Below, piece by piece: positions 19,972-30,385 of a stretch of 64,000 nt of DNA (its first letter is position 1; the number at the start of each line of letters is the position of its first letter). This DNA is from Candidatus Bathyarchaeota archaeon (GTDB lineage Archaea; Thermoproteota; Bathyarchaeia; Bathyarchaeales; Bathycorpusculaceae), in assembly GCA_963733095.1 (NCBI GenBank), contig CAVTBV010000012.1:59915-123914 (forward strand), given 5' to 3'. A program made the translations under genes and the position numbers. The notes beneath the pieces are model-generated. The model saw nothing but the letters and a program-made list of their open reading frames with translations. It searched no databases and was not told the origin of the DNA.

Positions 19972-20305
19972 GCATACAGCTATACGCTGGTTGCTTTAAA
20001 GCGCTTTCCTGCAGAAAATTATGGATTCTGGATAGCAATACCTCTTCATGTAGCAAGAGACAAATAACCCTGGTTTTTGAAATTCTATTGCTCTAAAAAA
20101 ACAGCCATTACACCTTTCACTTTTAGGGAAGTATCCTACCATCTATCGTTTCTGCGATGAACCACTATTTGGATTCTAATATGCCATGATAAATTCAATT
20201 TCCAAAAAATTGTCCAACAAACTCGCAGTCCCTAAACCCAAAAAGCTGTGGATGCGTGGCTAAGGTTTTTATGGTTCTTGCGAAATTATGTTCACTACAC
20301 CCAGT

Positions 20306-20383
20306 GGGGCTCTCGGCTAGCTTGGTCTAGGCTTGTAGACTTGGGCTCTATAGACTCCGGTTCAAATCCGGGGAGCCCCACCA
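20306..20383 (+). tRNA. tRNA-Pro(UGG), CCA encoded
   Basis: GGGGCTC/GAGCCCC acceptor stem, CTTGGGC anticodon loop, canonical TTCAAAT T loop. Confidence 0.92.
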
Positions 20384-20504
20384 TTCGATTTTACTTCTGT
20401 TAAAGCTTATCTTCCTCGAACCTTTCAATTATTCTTTGTCAAGAACAGACGCTACAAAAACTTTTTAAAAATTAAAATATCTTACCTTAAAGGGGAGAAC
20501 ACCG

Positions 20505-20849
20505 TTGCTGTTTAAACACAAAAATGAACCTCAAACAAAACTTTATGTAGACTTGGGTGATTTGCAGAACGAAAAGGAACACCTGAGTAGCTTTATTCAA
20601 TTACACCTAAAAGTTGCCATATCCCAAGCCGGTGAAAAAATGGCAGTGGACTCAGAGAAGGTATCCCTACATGAGCTGCAGCATGTAGTGAACAAGTTTG
20701 TTTACCATCGAGACCTAAACGTCACTCACTGGGTCTCCGTTGAAGGTTCAACTGTGAAAATTAACAGGTTTAAGGGCAAAGATAAGAAAAAAGAGAGCCA
20801 TCAGAAGGAACCGCCGCATCAAACTGCTGCTCAAAGTTGGGGTCTTTAA
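20505..20849 (+). CDS. Possible divergent ribosomal protein eL22 (L22e)-like protein
   Basis: Pattern resemblance only (KVSL.EL..VVNKFVY..DL....WVSV....VKI..F). Confidence 0.4.
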   Translation: MLFKHKNEPQTKLYVDLGDLQNEKEHLSSFIQLHLKVAISQAGEKMAVDSEKVSLHELQHVVNKFVYHRDLNVTHWVSVEGSTVKINRFKGKDKKKESHQKEPPHQTAAQSWGL

Positions 20850-21116
20850 AAAACAGTCTTAAATTCGTTAGTAAACGATGGTTCACTGTGGATCTGACAG
20901 CAAAACAAGCCGCGGCCTCCAAATAGGGATATTGATGAAAAGTTTGGTCTTTCAATTCGGTCGGAGATGCCCCAACTTTCGTAAATTAGTTTTTTTAATT
21001 GCTTGAATGAACAAGGCAACTTAAAGTTCTCAAATATAGTCAGTCGACGATTCCGAATTTTTTGCGACCGCAAATCTTAAAACTATGTCGAGTTTAATGT
21101 TGTTTGAGGAATTCTG

Positions 21117-21482
21117 ATGGTTTACTGTAGCAAATGTGGTACGCAAAATCCCGATACCAACATTCACTGCACAAACTGCGGCGCTCCCCTCTACACGGTT
21201 GGGCAACGTTACCCGGGTAACGACCGAGAACATTACCGTCGGGTAGAAAACGAATGCTTTGGCTTGCCCAACGGCGGTATGATTGTAGGCACCGTTTTCG
21301 GTGTCATCATAATCCTTGTTGGGTCAGGTTTGTTCTTGCAAGCTACCTACGGCATAAATATAGATTTCTGGCAGTATATTTGGCCGTTCATAATAATTAT
21401 TTTCGGCGTACTCATCTTGCTAGGCGCACTTAATAGGCAAAGACGACACAGCGAACGCCCCTCTAACCCGCCTGCACCCTAA
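21117..21482 (+). CDS. Zinc-ribbon domain membrane protein (2 TM)
   Basis: YCSKCG...HCTNCGAPL followed by ECFGLP and two hydrophobic helices. Confidence 0.8.
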   Translation: MVYCSKCGTQNPDTNIHCTNCGAPLYTVGQRYPGNDREHYRRVENECFGLPNGGMIVGTVFGVIIILVGSGLFLQATYGINIDFWQYIWPFIIIIFGVLILLGALNRQRRHSERPSNPPAP

Positions 21483-22168
21483 ATGCAGTGTCCGCATTCT
21501 ACACAGGTTCTTTTATTGTTCCACTCTGAGAGTAAAATCCTAAACAACAACATAAATACAATTAACCCTAGCACATAGGCATCGACCAATATACTCTGCC
21601 CAACCGAATCCACCACAACCAAACTAATCAACGAACCAACAACAAACAAGGCGTTCACTATTATCTTGACGTAACCACTCATCTTTATCTGCGCCAAACC
21701 CACAAGTATCATCGTTTCTCCAACCACCAAAATCCAAAGACTTCCAATATCCAAAGTAAGAAAACCTAAAGAAAACAAAACTGCACCTCCCAAGGCAACT
21801 ATTGCCCCCCCCAACAAACCGCCGCATGCAGCACAAAAAACCGAACCTCCAAGAGTAATCCTATTACCAGAGAACTTCTCGCAGTTAGGATGGTGTCCTT
21901 TAAACTGCACTGTTGAAGAAGATTCGGTAGAGTTAGAAGAAACAATCGGTTTTTTGAATATCATGCGGCATTTGCCAGGATAAAACACCGCCACAACGCC
22001 CACGATACATAATACACTGAAAACGGCGCCGACGATTGGACGTCGGAAAGGTGACGGGTCTGGTTGTAGGTTAGGTTGAAGCAGAAGAAGCGGAACCAAC
22101 GCCAATCCACAAACTGTAACAATCAGCAAAAACAATGGAAAAAATTTTGAAGACACAGGTTTCTGCAA
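21479..22168 (-). CDS. Cys/His-motif membrane protein (DUF2085-like pattern)
   Basis: GHHPNC...FCAACGG within about 6 TM helices; C-terminal CVECGHC. Confidence 0.55.
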   Translation of the reverse strand: MQKPVSSKFFPLFLLIVTVCGLALVPLLLLQPNLQPDPSPFRRPIVGAVFSVLCIVGVVAVFYPGKCRMIFKKPIVSSNSTESSSTVQFKGHHPNCEKFSGNRITLGGSVFCAACGGLLGGAIVALGGAVLFSLGFLTLDIGSLWILVVGETMILVGLAQIKMSGYVKIIVNALFVVGSLISLVVVDSVGQSILVDAYVLGLIVFMLLFRILLSEWNNKRTCVECGHCI

Positions 22169-22177
22169 AGTTTTCGC

Positions 22178-23617
22178 CTAAAACAACGATTTGACTTTAT
22201 CCAACACACCCGACATTGCCATATGCCAGTAAGTGCGTCGCTTCATAGGATTGCCCGAGAAAAACCCGCCCAATCGCCTGCTCCATGAACCGTAGAAATC
22301 GCGGTAGCAGCCATAAAGCTCCTCTTGGACCTGGTGGGTGGAAAGAGTTTCGGTTGGCATGATGGCATGAATCATGTCGTAGTGGTTCCAATTACGATCT
22401 TCGATCCATCCGTTGCGTTCAGCTTCGGCGTAAACTTCGGTGCCTGGGAAAGGTGTTAAGATTCCGAACATGATGAAATCGGGGTCTAAGTCGTTGACGA
22501 ACTCTCTGAGTTGACGGACGGATTGGTAGGTTTCTTTGCGGTTGCCGATGATGACCATAGCGTGGGCGAAGATTCCGTTGTTACGCAACAACTTCACCGC
22601 AGTCTTTGCATCCTGAGGAGTAATGCCTTTCTTAAAGTAATCAAGCGTGTTAGGATCCGAATTCTCCACCCCAAGCAGCACCCAGCTTAACCCTGACTTA
22701 GCCAACCTTGGCAGGACGTCTTTGTTTCGGTTAATGTCGTCACAGCGTGCCTGAACAAACCATGTCACGTCAGGAACCTTTTTCGCGATGATTTCTTCTG
22801 CGATTTCTTCGGGGCGCTGTCCAGTTCCAAAATTGTCGTCGGTTAACCAAATCATCTCACTTCCAAACTCCCGATTACAATACGCCATCTCGTCTGCAAC
22901 ACGCTTCGCCGATTTAAGACGCCAGCACCCTTGCCAGTGACGCCACTGAGTACAGAAGGTACATTGGTGATTACATCCGCGTGCTCCTTCGATGAGAGCG
23001 TACGGCGCCCGTTTGCCAGCCATCACAGAGAAGTGGTATTTGAGCATGTTGTCTTTGACTAGGTGGTAGCCTGGAAACGGCAAATCATCCAGGTTTGCAA
23101 TCAAAGCCCTCGAAGGATTATGCACAACCTCTCCCCCGTTCCTAAAAGAGATGCCAGCAACGTTTTCCAACCTTTCGCCCTGTTGGCACGCACCCACCAA
23201 TTCCGCTAAAGTTTGTTCTCCCTCATTGCGGATAATAACATCGATTTCAGGGTGAAGTTGGAGGCTGTCTTGGGCTGTTGCAGTGAAGTGCTGTCCACCT
23301 GTTACCGTGAGGGTTTTTGGAGCCATGCGTTTAGCGGTTTCAAGAGTCTTTGCGACAGCGTAAGTGTTGCATGTAGCCAGAGAAGCACAGGCCACAATAT
23401 CGGGGTTCGAATCAGCCATATGTTCCTCCATTTTCTTCCAATCAACTTTCTCCGCGTTGCAATCCAGAATCTCCAGTTGGACATTGTTGTTTTCTCTTTC
23501 CAGATAGGCGGCGAGTTGGATGATACCATAGGGCGGCGGCAAGTATTCGCCCATGACAAACCATATGTCTTTAGGCGGCTCGACGAACATGACTTTCAAG
23601 TGCTGTTCCCTATCCAC
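22178..23617 (-). CDS. B12-binding radical SAM enzyme (class B, BchE-like)
   Basis: N-terminal cobalamin-binding domain (PPYGIIQLAAYLE, VTGGQHFT); CNHQCTFC CxxxCxxC motif; LGVEN; TPFPGT. Confidence 0.92.
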   Translation of the reverse strand: MDREQHLKVMFVEPPKDIWFVMGEYLPPPYGIIQLAAYLERENNNVQLEILDCNAEKVDWKKMEEHMADSNPDIVACASLATCNTYAVAKTLETAKRMAPKTLTVTGGQHFTATAQDSLQLHPEIDVIIRNEGEQTLAELVGACQQGERLENVAGISFRNGGEVVHNPSRALIANLDDLPFPGYHLVKDNMLKYHFSVMAGKRAPYALIEGARGCNHQCTFCTQWRHWQGCWRLKSAKRVADEMAYCNREFGSEMIWLTDDNFGTGQRPEEIAEEIIAKKVPDVTWFVQARCDDINRNKDVLPRLAKSGLSWVLLGVENSDPNTLDYFKKGITPQDAKTAVKLLRNNGIFAHAMVIIGNRKETYQSVRQLREFVNDLDPDFIMFGILTPFPGTEVYAEAERNGWIEDRNWNHYDMIHAIMPTETLSTHQVQEELYGCYRDFYGSWSRRLGGFFSGNPMKRRTYWHMAMSGVLDKVKSLF

Positions 23618-25253
23618 TGATTAGTGGATTGTGCTTATTAGATTGCCCGTAGATTCTTGGAAACTTAAATTTCGCTCAGGTTCAAATCCCGCAGCCTATA
23701 CCTCGCCCTTTTCGTTTATGTTAAATTGATAGGTAGAGGGTGAGGGGAGCGGCCAAAACAAGTATTATTATTGTGAGAAGAAATGTGGGGTATTCCGGCA
23801 CAACGTTATCTGGCCGCTGTCGGCTATGTTTGCCATATTAACCGCTATATTGTGGATACTACGGGTGTAAATGAAACTTAAAACCCAAAAGTCATCCACG
23901 ATTATGTAAAATTCATTGGAGCCCCATATAGAAGAAGTTAAGCCTGAAATGTTTGCCAATAGTCCTTTCGAAATGTAAATATCGGCGTATCCAGGGGTGC
24001 CATGTGTTCCGGAGTTTAAGTGGGTTGCAAGAGCTGGACCAGTTTTGGTCTTAAGTCTTGGAAAGCGGAAGCTTGGCTTGACATTTTTCTGTCATCGAAG
24101 ACCCGAAAGATGCTTCACCGTTCTGGATCACATTGCACCCTTATTTTCAAGGTGCATTGGTATGTTGATGGGGTTTTTTGGATTAATCTTTGCTGTTGCC
24201 CTTTCTGGGACATATTCCATTGTTTGCAACTGCATTCAAAGCCATGTAGTGCCCACTATCTTGGTTTTATAACTAGCAAATTTCTAATACGAGCGAAGAC
24301 CAATAAAATTACTAAAGAGGCAAGAACATAAGATGAACCCTGTTGGTTTGTAGACCCTTTCATTTTGATTGGGGACCCAAAGGAAACTACAGTTGGACCC
24401 CATTATACTTCAACTTTGATGGAACCTTCGCCTTCTTAGCAGGCGCAAACGAAGGGACATGGGCTCAGGTTGATGACATAATAATCTGGAGATTCAAACG
24501 GCAACCAGATACCGAAAACAATACAGTCTATTCAGGAAGCTGCACAAGAAATTTTTATGTCTGGACTGATGTTGTCGTTTAACGGAGAAAAAGGACACTG
24601 GCACGCGGTGAAAAAAGGCACTAAATTGTTTACCCTCAAGGAAAAAGAAAAACTACCCTACTTGATTGAAAAAGAAAGTAAACCAACGCTCGACCCGTTA
24701 GGGAAGAGAGAATAGTAGCCAGGTCCTCTACAAATATTTTTATCCCTGCAATCGGCGGAACAAAAAGACTGAACAAATTGAGAAGAACTATAATTTTCCA
24801 GTGATTGCACCAAAAGCTCTCACGAATTGCCAGCCACGGGATTACCAGCTTAGCTTTGGGGAAGGAGAACTCTTTGACATCTCCAAATTGCCCAATAATG
24901 TTAATACTCTCAACAGCGACATAAAGTGAAGAAGTTGCGAAATCCCAAGGAAAAACCTTTGTTGACCAACTACAATCACAAAAGGCAAACGAAAAATTCC
25001 AAATGATTCAGTCGATACACACTGATTCATATGTCGGCGACGTAGAGTTACTTAACGTTCCATGTGGTTCTCCAAATATGACCATAAAGGCAACAAAATT
25101 GTGTTGGTCCTCGATGCTAACTCGGGCAGAGTAATCAACAGCCTCGGCTTATAAGAGATTATAGTTTCGTCGGCACCCTTAGTTTCTACTTTTGTTGTTT
25201 CTAACTAACATAAAAACTTGGGGTAAAAATAAACTATTGTTGATGGAGCTATC

Positions 25254-25487
25254 TTATTGCACAGCTTCAACTTTTGTTATTTCAGGCACGTTTTTTTTGA
25301 TGACGGCTTCAACACCATTTTTAAGCGTCATCGCTGACATGGGACAACCTGCGCAATGTCCGACTAATCGAACTTTGACAGTTGATTGTTCAACTGCGAC
25401 AAGTTCCACGTCTCCACCATCAAGTTGAATTTGTGGTCTTATTTCGTCAAGTGCTGCTTGTACTCTTTTTTGGATTGATTCAGTCAT
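25254..25487 (-). CDS. Stand-alone NifU-C/Nfu Fe-S carrier
   Basis: IRPQIQLDGGDVELV...GHCAGCPMS..TLKNGVE. Confidence 0.92.
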   Translation of the reverse strand: MTESIQKRVQAALDEIRPQIQLDGGDVELVAVEQSTVKVRLVGHCAGCPMSAMTLKNGVEAVIKKNVPEITKVEAVQ

Positions 25488-25890
25488 GTAACTTCACTTG
25501 TGCATCTTTGAAAAGAATAAATGATTATAAAAGATTCCTGTTTCTTAGGGCACGATTATTCTTTTGCCTTAGGAAGAACTTTTGTGGCCCATTCTGTTCG
25601 AGTGTTGTAGATTTCGCGTAGTTTCGGAGTGGATGTCGAGGTTAACTTTACTTTTGCGAGCATTCGGCTTTTGGATTTGCTGATGGCGCTGTTACGCTTT
25701 GGCTTGTTCCTATTAATCTTATAATTTTCTGGGTTCATAACTATCCGCGCTATTCAAACTTATATCTAGCATATAGAAGTTGCCCCGTTTTTACTCAAAG
25801 AGTTAAATCCCAATAAAATCTGTGAAAACCTGCGGAAGACTTAAGCAACAACGCCTGTATTAAACATGAAAAATAGGCGCGGTTTAGGGT

Positions 25891-26130
25891 ATGGTTCATA
25901 GAAGAGTACGAGGCGGAAAATTTAAAATCAAACATGTTGAGAAGCTGCCCCCCGTCGAGTTGGGAGACGAATTAGACGTAAACATCAACGGTTTATGCCC
26001 AAACGGGGATGGCATGTCTAACATTCGAGGCTACGTTATACAGGTTCCAAAAGCTAAGCCCCGGGACCGCGTAAAAGTCAAGATTATCCAAGTAGACAAA
26101 AAGGCAGCGGTCGGCGAAATAATCGAATAA
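25891..26130 (+). CDS. TRAM-domain RNA-binding protein
   Basis: PPVELGD..DV.I......GDGM..I.GYVI.VP.AKP.D.VKVKI. Confidence 0.85.
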   Translation: MVHRRVRGGKFKIKHVEKLPPVELGDELDVNINGLCPNGDGMSNIRGYVIQVPKAKPRDRVKVKIIQVDKKAAVGEIIE

Positions 26131-26169
26131 CTTACCTGCAAGCATTTACAGACTTTAGTCACATACTAT

Positions 26170-26697
26170 TCAATGGTGATTATGCCTTTCATTGACCTCT
26201 ATATGCTCAATGGCTAAAACTGCGCCAATTACCACCCGATGGTCAACTGCACCAGTTATTGAAATGCCGATTTGATCTCTCAATGAAACCCACTTTTTAT
26301 GCACCGAAGCAACCAGTGCACCCTCGACTTCTATTCGATAATCATGCTCGGTGAAATCTCCATATATGCGCATGAATTCAACTCCGTTCTTTTCTACCCA
26401 AAATTCTTCGCCGATCAACTTTGCAATCTTCCTTCTGATTGTGCCAAGCTCAACGCCCTGATTATCAAAGATTGAGAATTCATTTCTGAGTGGCACCATT
26501 TTTCCCTGAAGACGCATCAACTCAAAGCCATGGTTATCGGTTACGACGAATTTGGGAGGAACCTGAATAAAGTTGCCTTCAGCCGAACCCAATTGGGCAC
26601 CTTTTAAGTCTTCAAAGTCATAGTGCTCGCGCACAGAGAGGATTTTCTTTTTAATCACAAAATCGGTAATTTCAAACATGAAACTTTGGTCGCTCAT
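26170..26697 (-). CDS. LURP-one-related/Tubby_C_2 (scramblase-like) protein
   Basis: IKKKILSVREHY, I.GDF.EHDY.I, A.VHKKW.S.RD. Confidence 0.8.
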   Translation of the reverse strand: MSDQSFMFEITDFVIKKKILSVREHYDFEDLKGAQLGSAEGNFIQVPPKFVVTDNHGFELMRLQGKMVPLRNEFSIFDNQGVELGTIRRKIAKLIGEEFWVEKNGVEFMRIYGDFTEHDYRIEVEGALVASVHKKWVSLRDQIGISITGAVDHRVVIGAVLAIEHIEVNERHNHH

Positions 26698-26747
26698 TTT
26701 CTGTCAAGAAGTATGAGGAGCCTTTAGCTAATATCTTTTCAGAAAAG

Positions 26748-27143
26748 TCAAATCTCATCAGCTGCAAGATTTTCGATATTTCTATTCTTTAGGTTGCTGT
26801 CAATTATGCTAAGGAGTCTGTCTGGTGGGATGGGTTTTCCCAAAAGGGCATCCGCACCTTCGATGCTGTTTTGCGATAGCAACTTGCCAGTGAGCATTAT
26901 CTTCAACGTGTTAGGTGAAGTGTTGTCTATCAATGGAAAAAGGTCAGTACCTTCCATGTCGGGGAGGCATAAATCGATTAACGCAACATCATAGTGATTG
27001 CTGCTTATTTTTTCTATGGCTTCGATGCCCTTCTCTGCTACCGTGACAGCGTAGCCGTTCCTTTGGAATATTCGGCTCAGAGTTCGCAGAATGGCGGTGT
27101 CGTCGTCGATTATAAGAATAGATGGCTGGCTATTATTAAACAA
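26748..27143 (-). CDS. Stand-alone response regulator receiver
   Basis: ILIIDDD, ALIDLCLPDMEG, IMLTG, KPI. Confidence 0.88.
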   Translation of the reverse strand: MFNNSQPSILIIDDDTAILRTLSRIFQRNGYAVTVAEKGIEAIEKISSNHYDVALIDLCLPDMEGTDLFPLIDNTSPNTLKIMLTGKLLSQNSIEGADALLGKPIPPDRLLSIIDSNLKNRNIENLAADEI

Positions 27144-27295
27144 GCAGTAAAACCTTCTAAGACATAATTGTGTTATGTTTTATTTATAACTTTACAAAGA
27201 GCTAAATGCTTGTTCTGATAGGTTGCCATGTTAGCGATTGTTGCAACTTATATTTTAAAAGAAAAATCGAGGATTTTGTTGACTTATCCAACTTT

Positions 27296-27894
27296 TCAAA
27301 CTGTTTTTATAGAGTCTACTGGATGATTAGGAAGTGCAGTGTCTACATTTATTTTTCTGTGGTAAACCCGTGCAGCGATGCATAATCCAGCGACCACTAT
27401 TGCAAAGTAGAAAGGCCATCCAAAACCTGCTGAGACAGCAACGCTTATGTTTGCTCCATCTGGCGCCATTCCTTGCGGAAGCGAAAGGGAACCTGAACCT
27501 GACATTGGAAAATCGAACCCTGAAAACCGCTGAACCAAATAACTCGTGGAAAACAATCCAATGATAAATATTATAACTGCATAGAGGGGTTTTTTGTATC
27601 CGAAACCAAGCAGTTTTTTGAGTATGATTTGTCGGGTTTCACTGAGTAGATGAGCATTATTATGCCTCCTGAACCCAACGATAATGCGCTGGCAATATTC
27701 AACGCGTAAATCAATGGAATAGTGATTGAATTGCCTAAGAGTGCAAGATTCAAGTTAACAGGGGAAACGTTAACAGATGCAAGCATAGGACTCCCAACTG
27801 CGAGTTGCCACCACGGAACAAAAAAGGAGACAACAATCAGCACAAGTGTTGAAATCCCAGCAACTAATGCAACGAAGTTAATTTTTTCCATCAT
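27296..27894 (-). pseudogene. Membrane protein split by a one-base frameshift at A-AAA-AAC (27613-27619)
   Basis: A -1 shift gives continuous ...SYSK-KLLGFGYKKPLYAVIIF...LFSTSY joining the two ORF-track pieces. Confidence 0.65.
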
Positions 27895-27895
27895 C

Positions 27896-28495
27896 TCACC
27901 CAGTTACGTTCATGGGAACACTGATTTGGATGGACCCATTTGATCCGATTGTTATGCCGTTTACGTTTATGGATATGTTGGTTAGGTTAATGTCCATTGA
28001 TGTGGCGCCTGGGTAGTTGTTTGCTATATATTCTTGAGCCTGCTGGGTCCACTGTCCTGAAAGGGCTAGTTGAACTGTTTGGTCAGCCTGAACTGTCACG
28101 GGACTGTTGAGGTTTATGCTTCCTGCGGGAATATTAGCTTGGGCGATTTCTACGTCTGTGCTAAAACTGTTCAGTGTCAAGTCATAATCGACGGGATTGG
28201 TGACTTGGAAAATGCCAGTAAACGTGTTCGTTGCCTCGTCGATTTGTACACTTACAAGTTCGGGGGACATTAATCCTCCCAAATCTTGGTTCGCATTATC
28301 GCCATTATCACCATTGTCAGAATGGCCAACATCAGGAATTATGTTACTGTTGCCGTTAATTATATCTTTGATTTGGGGAGGAATTACAAGTTGGGTTAAA
28401 TCGTTGGGGTAAATGACAACTACAGCCCCTATGGGCGCTACAATGGTTCCTACACTGATCAATAATAAGACAATACTTAGTGCCTGCATCTTCAC
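27896..28495 (-). CDS. Membrane-anchored extracellular beta-rich hypothetical protein
   Basis: N-terminal TM helix and an Asn/Thr/Ser-rich ectodomain; co-oriented with the downstream membrane gene. Confidence 0.6.
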   Translation of the reverse strand: MKMQALSIVLLLISVGTIVAPIGAVVVIYPNDLTQLVIPPQIKDIINGNSNIIPDVGHSDNGDNGDNANQDLGGLMSPELVSVQIDEATNTFTGIFQVTNPVDYDLTLNSFSTDVEIAQANIPAGSINLNSPVTVQADQTVQLALSGQWTQQAQEYIANNYPGATSMDINLTNISINVNGITIGSNGSIQISVPMNVTG

Positions 28496-28643
28496 TATTC
28501 ACCTATGGAATATTGATCGGATGTCTTGACGCTTAAGTCTTTTGCACCAAGCGTTCAGGGTTTGTTAAACCTGCACCCAATCCATAGTTAAACCTTAAAA
28601 AGGCGGCTAACCGCCGACGAGATAACTTAATTGAGCCTCTGCT

Positions 28644-28886
28644 TCAACATGAACCTTCAGGTTGATTAATCCACACTTTTTCTCTACTTTGAACTCTTAT
28701 CCTAGATTCCGTTTGCATAAGCTTGATTTGGGCTTGAACGACTCGATTGTCAGTCGAGTTGAATTCTTTTTTGATAGCATCTTCTAATTTTGGAATGTTG
28801 ATATGTTCAACGGTGCCCACGATGTTCCAAAAATAAACATGTACGTTTTGCCTCTTCTTCGCCCCAGAGTCTGAGTTTTTAACCAT
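28644..28886 (-). CDS. Small hypothetical protein
   Basis: 80-aa ORF with SD-like GGTA upstream; no family recognised. Confidence 0.45.
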   Translation of the reverse strand: MVKNSDSGAKKRQNVHVYFWNIVGTVEHINIPKLEDAIKKEFNSTDNRVVQAQIKLMQTESRIRVQSREKVWINQPEGSC

Positions 28887-29107
28887 AAAATTTACCTTGC
28901 ACAGTATGGATCTTCATTTTTTTCCTTATGATGCCGCACACATTCCGTACAGTCGCTGTGGCGGGGGCAGTCTCTTTTGGGACAGGGACAATTTGGAGCT
29001 GACATAACCAAAGCTAACCCGAACAAACAATATAATTATTGCTAAACTTTATTTGGGAAAGCTATAGAAACATGGCATAGCTAATTAGTGGCAGAAGAGG
29101 ATTTGCT

Positions 29108-29914
29108 TTGGCAAACGTATTGGATTCTTTGAGAAAACTAGTTGCATTCATAACCTTCATAGTTATTTTAGCTATAAGCACGGTCGTGGTCTTCGGGTTA
29201 TTTGCTGCTGGACCGTTCAACTTGCCAACTTTCATTCGACAGCTAGGCGACGTAATCATAGTTTTCGGGTTCGGGTTAACCGCCCTTTTCCTGCTAAGCC
29301 GTGCAAAACCCCTTTTAGCGCCACACATTGGACTGCAAGCTGCAACGATAAGTCAGTTCTTTTTCATAGCAATTGCCCTTGCTACAATGACCTTTGTCAC
29401 CTTAGGCATATTTGGCGTTCCAATTTCAACGCTCTTAACTGGTGCAGGCATCATTTCAGTCACGGTGGGTTTAATCATATCCACCTTCGTGGGCAGCATA
29501 CTATCAGGCACTCTGGTCTTCACCACTTACCAGTTCAAAATAGGCGAAGATGTAATGGTTAATAATGTGCCTGGAAAAATCATCGATATGACCGCGCTGG
29601 TTATGCGCATAAGAACAGATGTCGGACAAATCACTATTCCAAACAGCGCCATCGCCTCAGGAGGAGTCATAATAACCGCCGTACGCAAACCCGACGTAAA
29701 CCAAGAAAATCGTCTTCAATACGTGGTTGGTGACCGAGTAATCACATCTTACAGAAACGAGGAAGGAACTGTAAAAGAAATCACAGCATTTCACACCACC
29801 GTGGTTTTAGATTCGGGGAAAAAGATAACGTTCCTAAACAACAGCGTCCTCTCAGGTGCCGTGGCAATAGCAAAAATAACCCAAACCCAACAAACACAGC
29901 CCCACCCATTCTAA
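29108..29914 (+). CDS. MscS-family channel with duplicated beta-domain
   Basis: TM3 GAGIISVTVGL; two beta-domain copies FKIGEDV...IPNS and YVVGDRV...FLNNS. Confidence 0.75.
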   Translation: MANVLDSLRKLVAFITFIVILAISTVVVFGLFAAGPFNLPTFIRQLGDVIIVFGFGLTALFLLSRAKPLLAPHIGLQAATISQFFFIAIALATMTFVTLGIFGVPISTLLTGAGIISVTVGLIISTFVGSILSGTLVFTTYQFKIGEDVMVNNVPGKIIDMTALVMRIRTDVGQITIPNSAIASGGVIITAVRKPDVNQENRLQYVVGDRVITSYRNEEGTVKEITAFHTTVVLDSGKKITFLNNSVLSGAVAIAKITQTQQTQPHPF

Positions 29915-29972
29915 AACCTACTCCAAGCTAATTAGCAACCACAAATTCCCAATACTGAACAGGTAACCAAGT

Positions 29973-30376
29973 ATGCGAACTGCACCCTTAGCAAGCACAA
30001 TAATCTCAGTAGGCTTAATTCTCGTTGCATTTCTCTTTGTCCACGGGTTCTTAAGCAGCATAGGCAAAAACCGTTTTCACCCAGTTACAATAACACTTGC
30101 AATCACATGGGACCTGACAATGTCCATCGGCTGCATGCTGCTCCACACCGCAACCATCGCGTTAACTGCCCTTCTGACAGTCTACTTTGGAGTCCACGGT
30201 GCCATCGCTGTTTTGGTTATGGCTTTGGAGATTTCGGTCCTTCCGTTAGCTTTTGGCAAGTAAGAATCAAATCGCCAAACAAGTGGCATCGGAAACTAAC
30301 AAGAATCCTCTTTCCGATATGGTGGTTTGCATTTCTTTCAGGAGAAATGGTTTATCTGCTAATGTACGTGTTCTAA
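29973..30376 (+). pseudogene. DUF420-like 4-TM membrane protein with a frameshift near 30250-30260
   Basis: HG.IA..V in frame 1 and KWHRKL.R..F.IW..AF..G..VY in frame 2; one extra T in the TTTT run restores the frame. Confidence 0.55.
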
Positions 30377-30385
30377 AAAAGAAGA

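Noticed and set aside
23612-23629. ATCCACT-GATT-AGTGGAT palindrome over the radical SAM start
   Set aside because: Single 7-bp-arm palindrome with no cognate regulator or second copy evident
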